A program made the translations under genes and the position numbers. From Serpentinimonas sp. (GTDB lineage Bacteria > Pseudomonadota > Gammaproteobacteria > Burkholderiales > Burkholderiaceae_C), in NCBI GenBank assembly GCA_025458665.1, contig JALOSG010000001.1:1-48720 (forward strand): a stretch of 48,720 nt of DNA, in the 5' to 3' direction. Within the stretch, counting starts at the first letter, position 1, and each line of letters begins with the position of its first letter. Positions 21,461 to 29,999 of this stretch are shown piece after piece. The notes beneath the pieces were generated by a model that was given only the letters and a program-made list of their open reading frames with translations, was not told where the DNA came from and made no database searches.

Positions 21461-22101
21461 TATCCACCGGGCGGGTGGTGCGGCTGGTGCAGCCGTTCCA
21501 GCAGGTGGTAATGCACCGCACCGGCCTTGCCCGAGCGCTTCACCTGCAGACCCAGGGGCTGCAGGCCGTCGTTGGTCCAGGCCCTGGGCGCCTCCAGGTA
21601 CACCACGCCTTCGGGACCGAGCAAGGGCAAGGCGGCCGTGAGCGCGCGGACGACCAGGGCGTCGTTGCCCGCATCGGCGCCAAAGGGCGGATCCAGAAAC
21701 ACGGCGTCCCACGGTCGGGCGCTGGCGCCTGTTGCCAGGCTGGCCAGCACGGCCACGCCATCGCCGCGGCGCACCACCAAGGGCAATGGCCCGCCGGCCA
21801 GGCTGGCCTGCAGGCGCTCCGCGTTCTTGCGCAGGCTCTCAGCGAGTGCCGGGTCTTGCTCCAGCAGCAGCACCTCGGTGGCGCCCCGGGACGCGGCCTC
21901 GAAACCCAGCGCGCCACTGCCTGCAAAGGCATCGATGCAGCGCCAGCCGCTCAGGTCCTGGCCCAGCCAGTTGAACAGCGTCTCGCGCACGCGGTCGGGG
22001 GTCGGGCGCAGGCCCGGACTGTGCGGCACAGCCAGTTTGCTGCGTTTCCAGTGCCCGCCGATGATCCGCACCTCGCCGGGCGCGACGCGGGCCAATTTCA
22101 A
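21460..22101 (-). CDS. rsmD: 16S rRNA (guanine966-N2)-methyltransferase RsmD
   Basis: ORF 21460..22206(-). No ATG lies near the conserved N-terminus (...VRIIGGHWKRSKL.VP...LRPTPDRVRETLFNWL). I chose TTG 22101, which overlaps the TGA of the upstream M16 gene (TTGA). Contains the SAM motif DAFAGSGALGFEAASRGA and the DPPF motif. Confidence 0.85.
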   Translation of the reverse strand: MKLARVAPGEVRIIGGHWKRSKLAVPHSPGLRPTPDRVRETLFNWLGQDLSGWRCIDAFAGSGALGFEAASRGATEVLLLEQDPALAESLRKNAERLQASLAGGPLPLVVRRGDGVAVLASLATGASARPWDAVFLDPPFGADAGNDALVVRALTAALPLLGPEGVVYLEAPRAWTNDGLQPLGLQVKRSGKAGAVHYHLLERLHQPHHPPGG

Positions 22102-23444
22102 GAGGACGCCCCCACCACCACCGTGACCATCCGGTCGGGCTGCATGACGCGCTGAAGCGCCGTACGCACCTGCTCGCGGGTAATGGCGCCCACCAGCTGG
22201 GTCCACCGGTCCAGATAGTCCAGCGGCAGGTCATTCCAGTTCAGGGAGGCCACGTTGTCCAGCAGCTTGCGGTTGCTGTCCAGCCGCAACGCAAAGCCGT
22301 TGATGAGCGAGGCCTTGGCTTCGGCGAGTTCCTGCTCGGTGGGCCCTTCAGCCACGAAACGCCGAATCTCCTGGTGGATGATGTCCACTGCCTGCTGCGC
22401 CTGGTCGGGCCGCGTCTGCATGCCTATGGTGAAAGCACCGGCGTGCAGCCCCGGTGAAAAGTAGCTGTAGACGCCGTAGGTGAGCCCGCGCTTTTCGCGG
22501 ATTTCCTGCATGAGGCGCGAAGTGAAACCCCCGCCCCCGAACACGTGGTTGCCCACAAGGAGAGTGAGGAAGTCGGGGTCGGCACGGGTGATTCCGGGCT
22601 GGCCCACCAGCACCTGGGCCTGGGCGGCCGCAAACGGCCTCCGCACGGTGTGCGCCTGGGTCAGGGGCGGGACATCCGCCACCGCGGGCAGCGCCTGGCA
22701 GCCGTGTGCCTGCCAGCCTTGCAGCAAGTCGTTCACCAGCTTCTCTGCGTCCGGTCGGGCCACAGCGCCCACCAGGGTCACGCGGGCACGGCACGCCTGG
22801 GCGTGGCGCTGGTAGAAGGCCTGCATGTCCTGGGTGCCGATGCGCGCCCACGAGTCGGGCGTGGCCTCGCGGCCGTAGGGGTGACCGCTGTACACGGCCT
22901 GGGCAAAGCTGCGCTCGGCCAGCGTGTCGGGCTCGGTCTGGGCCTGCTGCCAGCCGGCCACCATGCGGGCACGGTCGCGCTGCCACACCGCTTCGGGGAA
23001 AGCCGGTGCCGCCAGCTGGCGAGCCGCCAGTTGCACCGCAGAACGCAAAATGGCGGGCTCGGTCAGGGTGCGCAGGCTGACACTGAGGCGGTCGGCAGTG
23101 GCGCTGGCACCAAACTGCGCACCCAGATCGGCCCACGCCTCCACCAGGGCGTTTTCATCGAGCGCAGGCTGCCCAGCCTGGGCCTTTACCCCGCCAGAGA
23201 GCAGTTGCGCCGTGGCACCGGCCAGGCCGGTCTGGGCCTCGGGGTCGCGGCGCCCACCACCATCCACATCGATCTGTACATCGAGCATGGGCAGGTTGCG
23301 CGTTTCCACCAGGTACACGCGCGCGCCGCTGGGGTGTTGCCAACTCTGGATGGGCAGAGCTGCATGGGCCGCGCTGGCCCCCACGAGCAGGCCCAGCGCC
23401 GAAAGCTTGCAGGCAGCGCGCAGAAATTCATCGAAGCGACTCAT
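22098..23444 (-). CDS. M16 (pitrilysin) family peptidase, non-catalytic-type subunit
   Basis: ORF 22098..23444(-), with a signal-like N-terminus. It has M16 family length and fold-type sequence but no HxxEH zinc motif. ATGA overlap with the upstream M16 gene. Confidence 0.8.
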   Translation of the reverse strand: MSRFDEFLRAACKLSALGLLVGASAAHAALPIQSWQHPSGARVYLVETRNLPMLDVQIDVDGGGRRDPEAQTGLAGATAQLLSGGVKAQAGQPALDENALVEAWADLGAQFGASATADRLSVSLRTLTEPAILRSAVQLAARQLAAPAFPEAVWQRDRARMVAGWQQAQTEPDTLAERSFAQAVYSGHPYGREATPDSWARIGTQDMQAFYQRHAQACRARVTLVGAVARPDAEKLVNDLLQGWQAHGCQALPAVADVPPLTQAHTVRRPFAAAQAQVLVGQPGITRADPDFLTLLVGNHVFGGGGFTSRLMQEIREKRGLTYGVYSYFSPGLHAGAFTIGMQTRPDQAQQAVDIIHQEIRRFVAEGPTEQELAEAKASLINGFALRLDSNRKLLDNVASLNWNDLPLDYLDRWTQLVGAITREQVRTALQRVMQPDRMVTVVVGASS

Positions 23445-24898
23445 GGCGTGGTCTCCGGAAGCAGCACGCCCACGGTGAGCTGGGTGTCATTGAAATAGCG
23501 CTTTGCCACGCTCTGCACCTGCTCGGCTGTCACGCTGCGCAAGCGCTCCATGAGGCGGGGCGCGCTGTCCACCGGCCAGCCCTGGGCCCAGTAGCTGCCC
23601 AGCTCACGGGCCTGCGCGAACATGGAATCGAGCTTGAAGATTTCGCTGGCGCTCCACTGGTTTTTCACGCGCTGCAACTCGGCCGCACTGACCCCTTCTT
23701 CAGCCACCCGGCGCACTTCGTTTTTCAGGGCTGCCTCCAGTTCGGCAGGCGTCACGCCATCCACCGGGGTTCCAGTGAGCAGAAAAAGCTGCGGACCGCG
23801 TCCCATGAGACCAAATGAAGCCCCCACGGAGTTGGCTTTGCGCTGGCCAGCCTGGCCCTGCACCAGACCACGCTCCAGCCGCGCGGCGCTGTGGCCATCG
23901 AGTACACCGGACAGCAGGGTCAGCGCCAGAGCGTCCTGGCTGGCCGCATCGGTGGCATCGGGGCTGGCCAGCTGGGGCACCTTGTAGCCCATGACCAGCA
24001 GCGGCTGCTGTGTACGCGCCCTGAACTCCAGCCGGCGCACACCGGTTTGCACAGGCTCGGTCTGTGGCTTACGGGCTGGCACAGCGCCCGCTGGTATGCG
24101 CCCATAGTGTGTCTCGGCCCAGCGGCGCACCTGCGCTACGTCCACATCCCCCACCACCACCACGGCGGCGTTGGCGGGTACGTACCAGCGGCGGTAGAAG
24201 TCCCGAACATCGGCGGCGGTGAGGGACTCGATATCACTCATCCAGCCGATGATGGGGCGGCGGTAGGGGTGCGCCAGAAATGCGGTGGCACTGAACGCTT
24301 CGAACAAGCGCGCCTGCGGGGATTCCTCCACGCGCTGGCGCCGCTCCTCTTTCACCACCAGCAACTCGCGCGCAAAGGCATCGTCGGGCCACTGGTTGTT
24401 GGCAAAGCGGTCGGCCTCGAGCTTCATCACCTCTTCCAGCCGGTCGGCGGGTACCTGCTGGTGGTAGGCTGTCACGTCGCGGCTGGTGAAAGCGTTTTCA
24501 CGACCACCCAGTGCCGCCACACGGCGTGAAAACTCACCCTCTGCCAGCGTGGCCGTGCCCTTGAACAGCATGTGCTCCAGCACGTGGGCCACGCCCGAGG
24601 TGCCATCCGTCTCGTCGATAGAGCCCACCCGTACCCAGACCATGTGTATGGCGGTAGGAGCGCGCCGGTCGGGCTGCACGATCACGGTCATGCCGTTCTG
24701 CAGCTGGAACGTGTGGACCTTGGCCTCAGCGGCAGATTCGGCCGAGGCCGCTGCAGGGCTGCCCTGTGCCCAGGCAGCGGGCAACACGCCCAGGAGACTG
24801 GCGCACAGGGCGCCCGCCATGAATGACCGAAGCCCGGAGAACCGCCCCGCGGGAGCGCCCCGCAACCGGCGAAGGAAACGCGATGTTGTGGCTTTCAT
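23441..24898 (-). CDS. M16 (pitrilysin) family zinc peptidase
   Basis: ORF 23441..24898(-). Has a signal-like N-terminus and the inverted zinc motif HxxEH (GVAHVLEHMLFKGT), with a downstream Glu region (REN..NAFTS). Confidence 0.85.
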   Translation of the reverse strand: MKATTSRFLRRLRGAPAGRFSGLRSFMAGALCASLLGVLPAAWAQGSPAAASAESAAEAKVHTFQLQNGMTVIVQPDRRAPTAIHMVWVRVGSIDETDGTSGVAHVLEHMLFKGTATLAEGEFSRRVAALGGRENAFTSRDVTAYHQQVPADRLEEVMKLEADRFANNQWPDDAFARELLVVKEERRQRVEESPQARLFEAFSATAFLAHPYRRPIIGWMSDIESLTAADVRDFYRRWYVPANAAVVVVGDVDVAQVRRWAETHYGRIPAGAVPARKPQTEPVQTGVRRLEFRARTQQPLLVMGYKVPQLASPDATDAASQDALALTLLSGVLDGHSAARLERGLVQGQAGQRKANSVGASFGLMGRGPQLFLLTGTPVDGVTPAELEAALKNEVRRVAEEGVSAAELQRVKNQWSASEIFKLDSMFAQARELGSYWAQGWPVDSAPRLMERLRSVTAEQVQSVAKRYFNDTQLTVGVLLPETTP

Positions 24899-24927
24899 AG
24901 AATGGAGTGGATTCTAAAAAGACCCAC

Positions 24928-25962
24928 ATGTTCAGCTTCTTCAAGAAAAAAAAACCTGTCGAGGCAACGCCAGCCTCTGCCAGCCCAACCCCGCAGGCCA
25001 CCCAGCAGCCTCCCGAACCGGAAGCCGTGCCGCCTGCACCGCCCCGCCAGCAATGGCTGGAGCGGCTCACCCTGGGCCTCAAGAAGACGGGGAGCAGCCT
25101 GGCTACGGTGTTTACCGGCACCCGGATTGATGAGGCACTGTACGAAGAACTGGAAAGCGCCCTGCTCATGGCCGATACCGGCGTGGCCGCCACGCGCTTC
25201 CTGCTGGAGGATCTGCGGCGGCGCGTGAAAGACACACGTACCACCGAGCCAACGGCCGTCAAGGCGCTGCTGGCGGCGGCCCTGGCAGACCTTCTCCGCC
25301 CCCAGCAGCGCTCCCTGACGCTGGGTGCCCAGGGAGAGACTACCACCGTTCTCATGGTGGCTGGCGTGAATGGTGCTGGCAAAACCACCACCATAGGCAA
25401 GCTCACCCGGCACCTGTCCCTGGCCGGGGCCAGCGTACTGCTGGCCGCTGCCGACACCTTCCGTGCAGCCGCACGCGAACAGCTCGGCGTGTGGGCGGAC
25501 CGCAATACCGTAGACATCGTGAGCCAGGAAGGCGGGGACCCGGCCGCAGTGAGTTTCGACGCCGTGAAGGCGGGCATAGCGCGCCACAAGGATGTGGTGA
25601 TCGTGGACACTGCAGGCCGCCTGCCCACGCAACTGCACCTCATGGAAGAGCTGAAAAAGATCAAGCGGGTGCTGCAGAAAGCAGACCCGCAGGCACCCCA
25701 CGAGGTGTTGCTGGTCATAGACGGCAACACCGGCCAGAACGCCCTGACCCAGGTGCAGGCCTTTGACGCCGCACTGGGCCTCACGGGCCTGATCGTCACC
25801 AAGCTCGACGGCACAGCCAAAGGCGGCGTGCTGGCGGCCATTGCCATGTGGGCGCGCCAGTCGGGCCGCGTGGTGCCGGTGTACTTCATCGGAGTGGGCG
25901 AATCGCTGCAAGACCTGCAAACCTTCGACGCCGACGAGTTCGCCCACGCGCTGCTGGCCTGA
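24928..25962 (+). CDS. ftsY: Signal recognition particle receptor FtsY
   Basis: ORF 24907(GTG)..25962 trimmed to ATG 24928 (MFSFFKKKK...). NG domain motifs are VAGVNGAGKTTTIGKL, DTAGRL and TKLDGTAKGG. Confidence 0.93.
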   Translation: MFSFFKKKKPVEATPASASPTPQATQQPPEPEAVPPAPPRQQWLERLTLGLKKTGSSLATVFTGTRIDEALYEELESALLMADTGVAATRFLLEDLRRRVKDTRTTEPTAVKALLAAALADLLRPQQRSLTLGAQGETTTVLMVAGVNGAGKTTTIGKLTRHLSLAGASVLLAAADTFRAAAREQLGVWADRNTVDIVSQEGGDPAAVSFDAVKAGIARHKDVVIVDTAGRLPTQLHLMEELKKIKRVLQKADPQAPHEVLLVIDGNTGQNALTQVQAFDAALGLTGLIVTKLDGTAKGGVLAAIAMWARQSGRVVPVYFIGVGESLQDLQTFDADEFAHALLA

Positions 25963-26264
25963 ATGGCCAGTTCCCGCCACCACGCCCTCTCGCTTAGCAC
26001 CGCCGGGAACATCTGTCCATCGGTGAATCAGCCCATCAGCAAATAAGCACACATTGATTTAATGGCGAGAGCTGAAGAAAGCGTAGCCGCAACTCGCCAA
26101 CGCCGCTGGGCGAGCGGGCCGAAGCACCGGTGGCACAGGGTTATCACGTGCAAAGGCAGCGACAACGAATCGATACACTCAGCACAAGGCCACCAACTGG
26201 ACAGCAAGCCCGCTGCCCTGAGGCCTGTTCCCGGAACCAGGCTCTGGAGTATTGGAGACAGACG

Positions 26265-26567
26265 ATGAAATCAGGCATGAAACTACTGGCTGCCGCTGCC
26301 TTGTGCGGCGCAGCTCTGGGCGCGCAGGCGCAGGTATCGCAGGTCAAGGTGTGGGCCGCGGCCTGTGCCAACTGCCATGGCACCAACGGCAAGGCCCAGC
26401 CCGGGATGATTTCCCTGGCCGGCCGCGACAAGGCCGAACTGGTTCAAAAGATGCAGGCTTACAAGAAGGGCGAGTTGCCCGCCACCATCATGCACCAGAT
26501 CTCCAAGGGCTATACCGATGAGCAGATCGAGCTGATTGCTGCCCATTTCGCCGGCCTGCCCAAATAA
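26265..26567 (+). CDS. fccA: Flavocytochrome c sulfide dehydrogenase, monohaem cytochrome c subunit
   Basis: ORF 26130..26567 trimmed to ATG 26265 (RBS GGAGA). Has the signal peptide MKSGMKLLAAAALCGAALGAQA and a single CxxCH (CANCH). It lies 12 nt upstream of the flavoprotein gene. Confidence 0.8.
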   Translation: MKSGMKLLAAAALCGAALGAQAQVSQVKVWAAACANCHGTNGKAQPGMISLAGRDKAELVQKMQAYKKGELPATIMHQISKGYTDEQIELIAAHFAGLPK

Positions 26568-26579
26568 GGAGACACCAAC

Positions 26580-27866
26580 ATGAAACGCCGTCAATTCGTA
26601 CAGACGCTCGCCGCTGGTTCGGCTGTGGGTTCGCTGGGTGTGCTGGGTGGCTGCGCCTCCACCGGCGGTGCCAACGCACCGCACGTGGTGGTCATCGGCG
26701 GGGGCTACGCCGGCACCACTGCCGCCAAGTACACGCGCATGTTCTCGGAAGGCAAGGTACGTGTCACGCTGATCGAGCCGAACCCGATGTTCATCTCCTG
26801 CCCCATCTCCAACCTGGTGGTGGGTGGCGTGAAGAACATCGACTACATCACCAACTCCTACGAGGGGCTGCAGAAGAACCACGGCGTGAAGCTGGTGAAG
26901 GACATGGTCACCAGCATCGACCCCGACAAGCGCATGGTGAAGCTGGCCAGCGGTGGTGAGATGTCTTACGACCGCCTGATCGTGTCCCCCGGCATCGACT
27001 TCATGTGGGACACCCTGCCCGGCATGAACAAGGAAGGCGCCAAGGACAAAGTGCTGCACGCCTGGAAGGCCGGCGCGCAGACCGTGGGCCTGCGCCGCCA
27101 GCTGGAAGCCATTCCGGACGGTGGCACGTTTGCCATGACCATTCCGCTGGCCCCGTACCGCTGCCCGCCCGGCCCCTACGAACGTGCCTGCATGGTGGCA
27201 CACACCTTCAAGAAGGCTGGCAAGAACAACGCCAAGGTCGTGATTTTCGACGCCAACGACGACATCCAGTCCAAGAAGGGGCTGTTCATGAAGGCGTGGA
27301 ACGACCACTACAAGGGCATGATCGACTACCGCCCCAAGCACCGCCTGGTGGACGTGGATGCCGCCACCAACACCCTGAAGTTCGATTTCAACGACGACTT
27401 CAAGGCCACCGTGGCCAACGTGATTCCCACCATGCGCGCTGGCGACATTGCCGTGAAAACGGGCCTGGCCACGGCCAACGCCCGCTGGTGCGAGGTGGAC
27501 TTCCTGACCTTTGAGTCGAAGGCGGCCAAGAACATCCACGTGCTGGGCGATGCCATCCAGATTGCACCGGCCATGCCCAAGTCGGGCCACATGGCCAACC
27601 AGCACGGCAAGACCTGCGCGGCCGCGGTGGTGTCCCTGCTCATGGGCAAGGAGCCGCCGCAACTGCCGCTGTATGCCAACACCTGCTACAGCTTCGTGAC
27701 CGACAAGGAAGTGGTGCACGTGGCCAGCGTGCACCGCTACGACGCCGAGAAGAAGACCATGCTGACCGTACCGGGCTCGGGCGGTGTGTCGGCAGCGGCC
27801 AGCGAGCTCGAAGGCGCTTACGCGCTGGGCTGGGCGCAGAACATCTGGGCCGACATGCTGGTTTGA
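26580..27866 (+). CDS. fccB: Flavocytochrome c sulfide dehydrogenase, FAD-binding subunit (FccB/SoxF-like)
   Basis: ORF 26580..27866(+). Has the twin-arginine signal MKRRQFVQTLAAGSAVG and the FAD fold VVVIGGGYAGTTAAKY. Contains ...YRCPPGPYERAC..., the redox-active Cys region typical of FCSD, and ...HVLGDA. Confidence 0.88.
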   Translation: MKRRQFVQTLAAGSAVGSLGVLGGCASTGGANAPHVVVIGGGYAGTTAAKYTRMFSEGKVRVTLIEPNPMFISCPISNLVVGGVKNIDYITNSYEGLQKNHGVKLVKDMVTSIDPDKRMVKLASGGEMSYDRLIVSPGIDFMWDTLPGMNKEGAKDKVLHAWKAGAQTVGLRRQLEAIPDGGTFAMTIPLAPYRCPPGPYERACMVAHTFKKAGKNNAKVVIFDANDDIQSKKGLFMKAWNDHYKGMIDYRPKHRLVDVDAATNTLKFDFNDDFKATVANVIPTMRAGDIAVKTGLATANARWCEVDFLTFESKAAKNIHVLGDAIQIAPAMPKSGHMANQHGKTCAAAVVSLLMGKEPPQLPLYANTCYSFVTDKEVVHVASVHRYDAEKKTMLTVPGSGGVSAAASELEGAYALGWAQNIWADMLV

Positions 27867-27886
27867 CCGGCTGCAGCCTCCCTCAC

Positions 27887-27916
27887 GAAAAACGGGTGCA
27901 CTGCACCCGTTTTTTC
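27887..27916. terminator. Bidirectional rho-independent terminator between fccB and the DUF3422 gene
   Basis: AAAAA-ACGGGTGCA-c-TGCACCCGT-TTTTT. This is a perfect 9-bp stem flanked by an A-run and a T-run, placed between convergent genes. Confidence 0.8.
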
Positions 27917-27954
27917 ATGAGCGCTGTGCGCCACGTGCCGGTAGCTGCCCCGGC

Positions 27955-29292
27955 CTACTTTTCACTCTTGATGCGGTTGTGTATGCGCCGTGTCACCAGC
28001 CACACCCCCAGCAGCACCACCGGCACCGAAAGGCCAGCCGCCAGTTCGGGCTTGATGGGGAAACCCGCTTCCTGCAGCGCCTTGGTGGCATACAGCAGCA
28101 GCATCACCACGTAGTAGGAAATGGCAGCAATGGACAGGCCTTCCACCGTGCTCTGCAGGCGCAGCTGCAGTTCCTGTCCGCGGGTGAGCTTTTCCAGCAG
28201 CTGCTGGTTCTGCCCTTCCGTGGCAATGTCCACCCGGGTACGCAGCAGGGCGCTGGTGCGCGACACCCGTTCGGACAACGAAGACAGGCGCTGCGCCGTG
28301 GAAGCCACGGTGGCCATGGCTGGCGAGAGCCGGCGCTGCATGAATTCCCCAATGGTCTGGGTGCCAGGAATGGGGCGCTCGCGCAGCTCGGTGATGCGCT
28401 GTGCCACCAGGGTGTCGTAGGCGCGCGTGGCAGAGAAACGGTACACGTGCTGCGCGGTGGCGCGCTCCACGCGGGCGGCCAGGGCCACCAGGGTGTCCAG
28501 CATGTCCTGGTCGGACGAGGACTTGTTCTCCAGCGCGGCCGTGATGCTGGCCAGATGTTGCTCGGCATCGCCCAGTTCGGGGGACAGGTCCTTGGCCACG
28601 GGCAGGCCGCGCAGGGCCATCATGCGGTAGGTTTCCAGCTCCAGAAGGCGCTGCGAGATACGGCCAGCGCGGGTCTCGGTGGTGTCGGGCGGGGCAATGA
28701 CCAGCATGCGCTCGAAGCCGCTGTCGCGCAGCACAAAGTCTGTCACCACCATGGAGTGCGCGTTGTTGCCCATGAGGGAGGCCACCACCTGGTGGTCGGC
28801 AAACCACGCGCGGGCCTCGGCCAGGCGGGCCGCCGGCTCGGCGGTGTCTCCGTGCACCATGGCCAGCTTGATGGCGGCAAAGGTGCGCCCGGGTACGGCA
28901 GCCAACCAGTCCTGCGAAATCACCAGCTGCGATAGCAGCTCCGGGTCGCTGGAGCCCAGCACGGCGTTGTCGGGCAGGGGTTGCACCAGCGAGTAGCGGG
29001 TGAACTCGGTGTGTCGCTCCCACTTGAGCGTGTAGCCCGGGAAGCGCAGGCGCGCAAAGTTGCCCTGCATCTGCTCCAGCGTGAGTGTATCTAGCTGGTC
29101 GGGCAGGCGCTGCAGGTGCTCGAACTCCTGCTGGCGCGACACCCCTTCGTTGAACACCGCCAGGTACACCACCAGCGCCGGCAAGCGGATGCGTGCTGAG
29201 GGCCGGGCGTGCACCTCGTTGTGCAACAGCAGGCGCTGGCCGTCATCGGGCGGGAGTTTGCGCTCGGCGGCGCCGGAAAGGGGCGTAGTCAT
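27955..29292 (-). CDS. DUF3422-type membrane-anchored protein of unknown function
   Basis: ORF 27955..29406(-) trimmed to ATG 29292 (MTTPLSGAAERK...), which overlaps the gph stop (ATGA). It has ~370 aa of soluble/helical sequence (..HNEVHARPS..LKWERHTEFTRY..LLELETYRMMALRGLP..). Two C-terminal TM helices follow (GLSIAAISYYVVMLLLYATKAL / LAAGLSVPVVLLGVWLV), then a basic tail RRIHNRIKSEK. The family assignment is from memory of PF11902-like sequences. Confidence 0.65.
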   Translation of the reverse strand: MTTPLSGAAERKLPPDDGQRLLLHNEVHARPSARIRLPALVVYLAVFNEGVSRQQEFEHLQRLPDQLDTLTLEQMQGNFARLRFPGYTLKWERHTEFTRYSLVQPLPDNAVLGSSDPELLSQLVISQDWLAAVPGRTFAAIKLAMVHGDTAEPAARLAEARAWFADHQVVASLMGNNAHSMVVTDFVLRDSGFERMLVIAPPDTTETRAGRISQRLLELETYRMMALRGLPVAKDLSPELGDAEQHLASITAALENKSSSDQDMLDTLVALAARVERATAQHVYRFSATRAYDTLVAQRITELRERPIPGTQTIGEFMQRRLSPAMATVASTAQRLSSLSERVSRTSALLRTRVDIATEGQNQQLLEKLTRGQELQLRLQSTVEGLSIAAISYYVVMLLLYATKALQEAGFPIKPELAAGLSVPVVLLGVWLVTRRIHNRIKSEK

Positions 29293-29999
29293 GGCGCCAT
29301 TGTCCTGCAAGCGGCGGCGCGCAAGACAGAAAAATCGGCCACCACGCGGTCGGGCTGGCAGGCCTCTATGGGCTCGCCCATGTTGTAGCCGTAGGGCAGC
29401 GCCCACACCGCCACGCCGCCGTTGCGCGCAGTGGCCACGTCGATGGACGAATCGCCCACGAACAGCGCGCGTTCGGGCGCTACCCCAAAGCGCTGCAGGC
29501 AGTCGTGAATGGCCGCCGGGTTGGGTTTTTTCACGGGCAGCGTATCGCCGCTGATGATGCGGTCGAACAGCGGCGCCATGCCGTGTGCGTCCAGCACGGT
29601 CTGGGTATAGCGGTCTTCCTTGTTGGTCACCACCGCCAGTTTCACGCCTTGCGCACGCAGGGCTTGCAGCGTGTCGCGCACATGCGGGTACAGGCGGCTG
29701 CGCGTGCCACAGCGGCGCTGGTAGTGCGCTCCAAACTCCGCTTCCACCGTGGGAAAGGTGCTCGCGTTGCGCACATCCTCGTGGCTGGAACCGGTGCGGT
29801 GGGCCAGCGCCTGTATCAGGAGTTCGCGCGTGCCGTGGCCTATCCAGCGGTCCACCCGCTCCTGTTCCACCGGCTCCAGGCCAAAGCGGGTGAGTGTGTC
29901 GTTCACCGCATCGGCAATTTCGGGGGCGGTTTCTATCAGGGTGCCGTCCAGATCGAACATGATGAGGTCGAACGGCCCCGGCTGCGTTGCCGTGCTCAT
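29289..29999 (-). CDS. gph: Phosphoglycolate phosphatase (CbbZ/Gph), HAD superfamily
   Basis: ORF 29289..30458(-) trimmed to ATG 29999 (ATGA overlap with the prk stop). Contains HAD motif I MFDLDGTLIET, ...VVTNK... and the C-terminal motif FVGDSSIDVATARNGG. Confidence 0.88.
   Translation of the reverse strand: MSTATQPGPFDLIMFDLDGTLIETAPEIADAVNDTLTRFGLEPVEQERVDRWIGHGTRELLIQALAHRTGSSHEDVRNASTFPTVEAEFGAHYQRRCGTRSRLYPHVRDTLQALRAQGVKLAVVTNKEDRYTQTVLDAHGMAPLFDRIISGDTLPVKKPNPAAIHDCLQRFGVAPERALFVGDSSIDVATARNGGVAVWALPYGYNMGEPIEACQPDRVVADFSVLRAAACRTMAP

Noticed and set aside
26131-26146. Sigma54-like TGGCAC-N5-TATCA upstream of fccA.
   Set aside because: The -12 element lacks the conserved GC (TTGC). 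No enhancer-binding protein gene is nearby. It is kept only as a note inside the spacer finding.
26062-26268. 68-aa ORF in the ftsY-fccA spacer. The 145-aa extended form of fccA from 26130 is a related case.
   Set aside because: There is no RBS, the composition is Arg-rich and odd, and there is no motif. The cytochrome signal peptide begins at ATG 26265, which has a GGAGA RBS.
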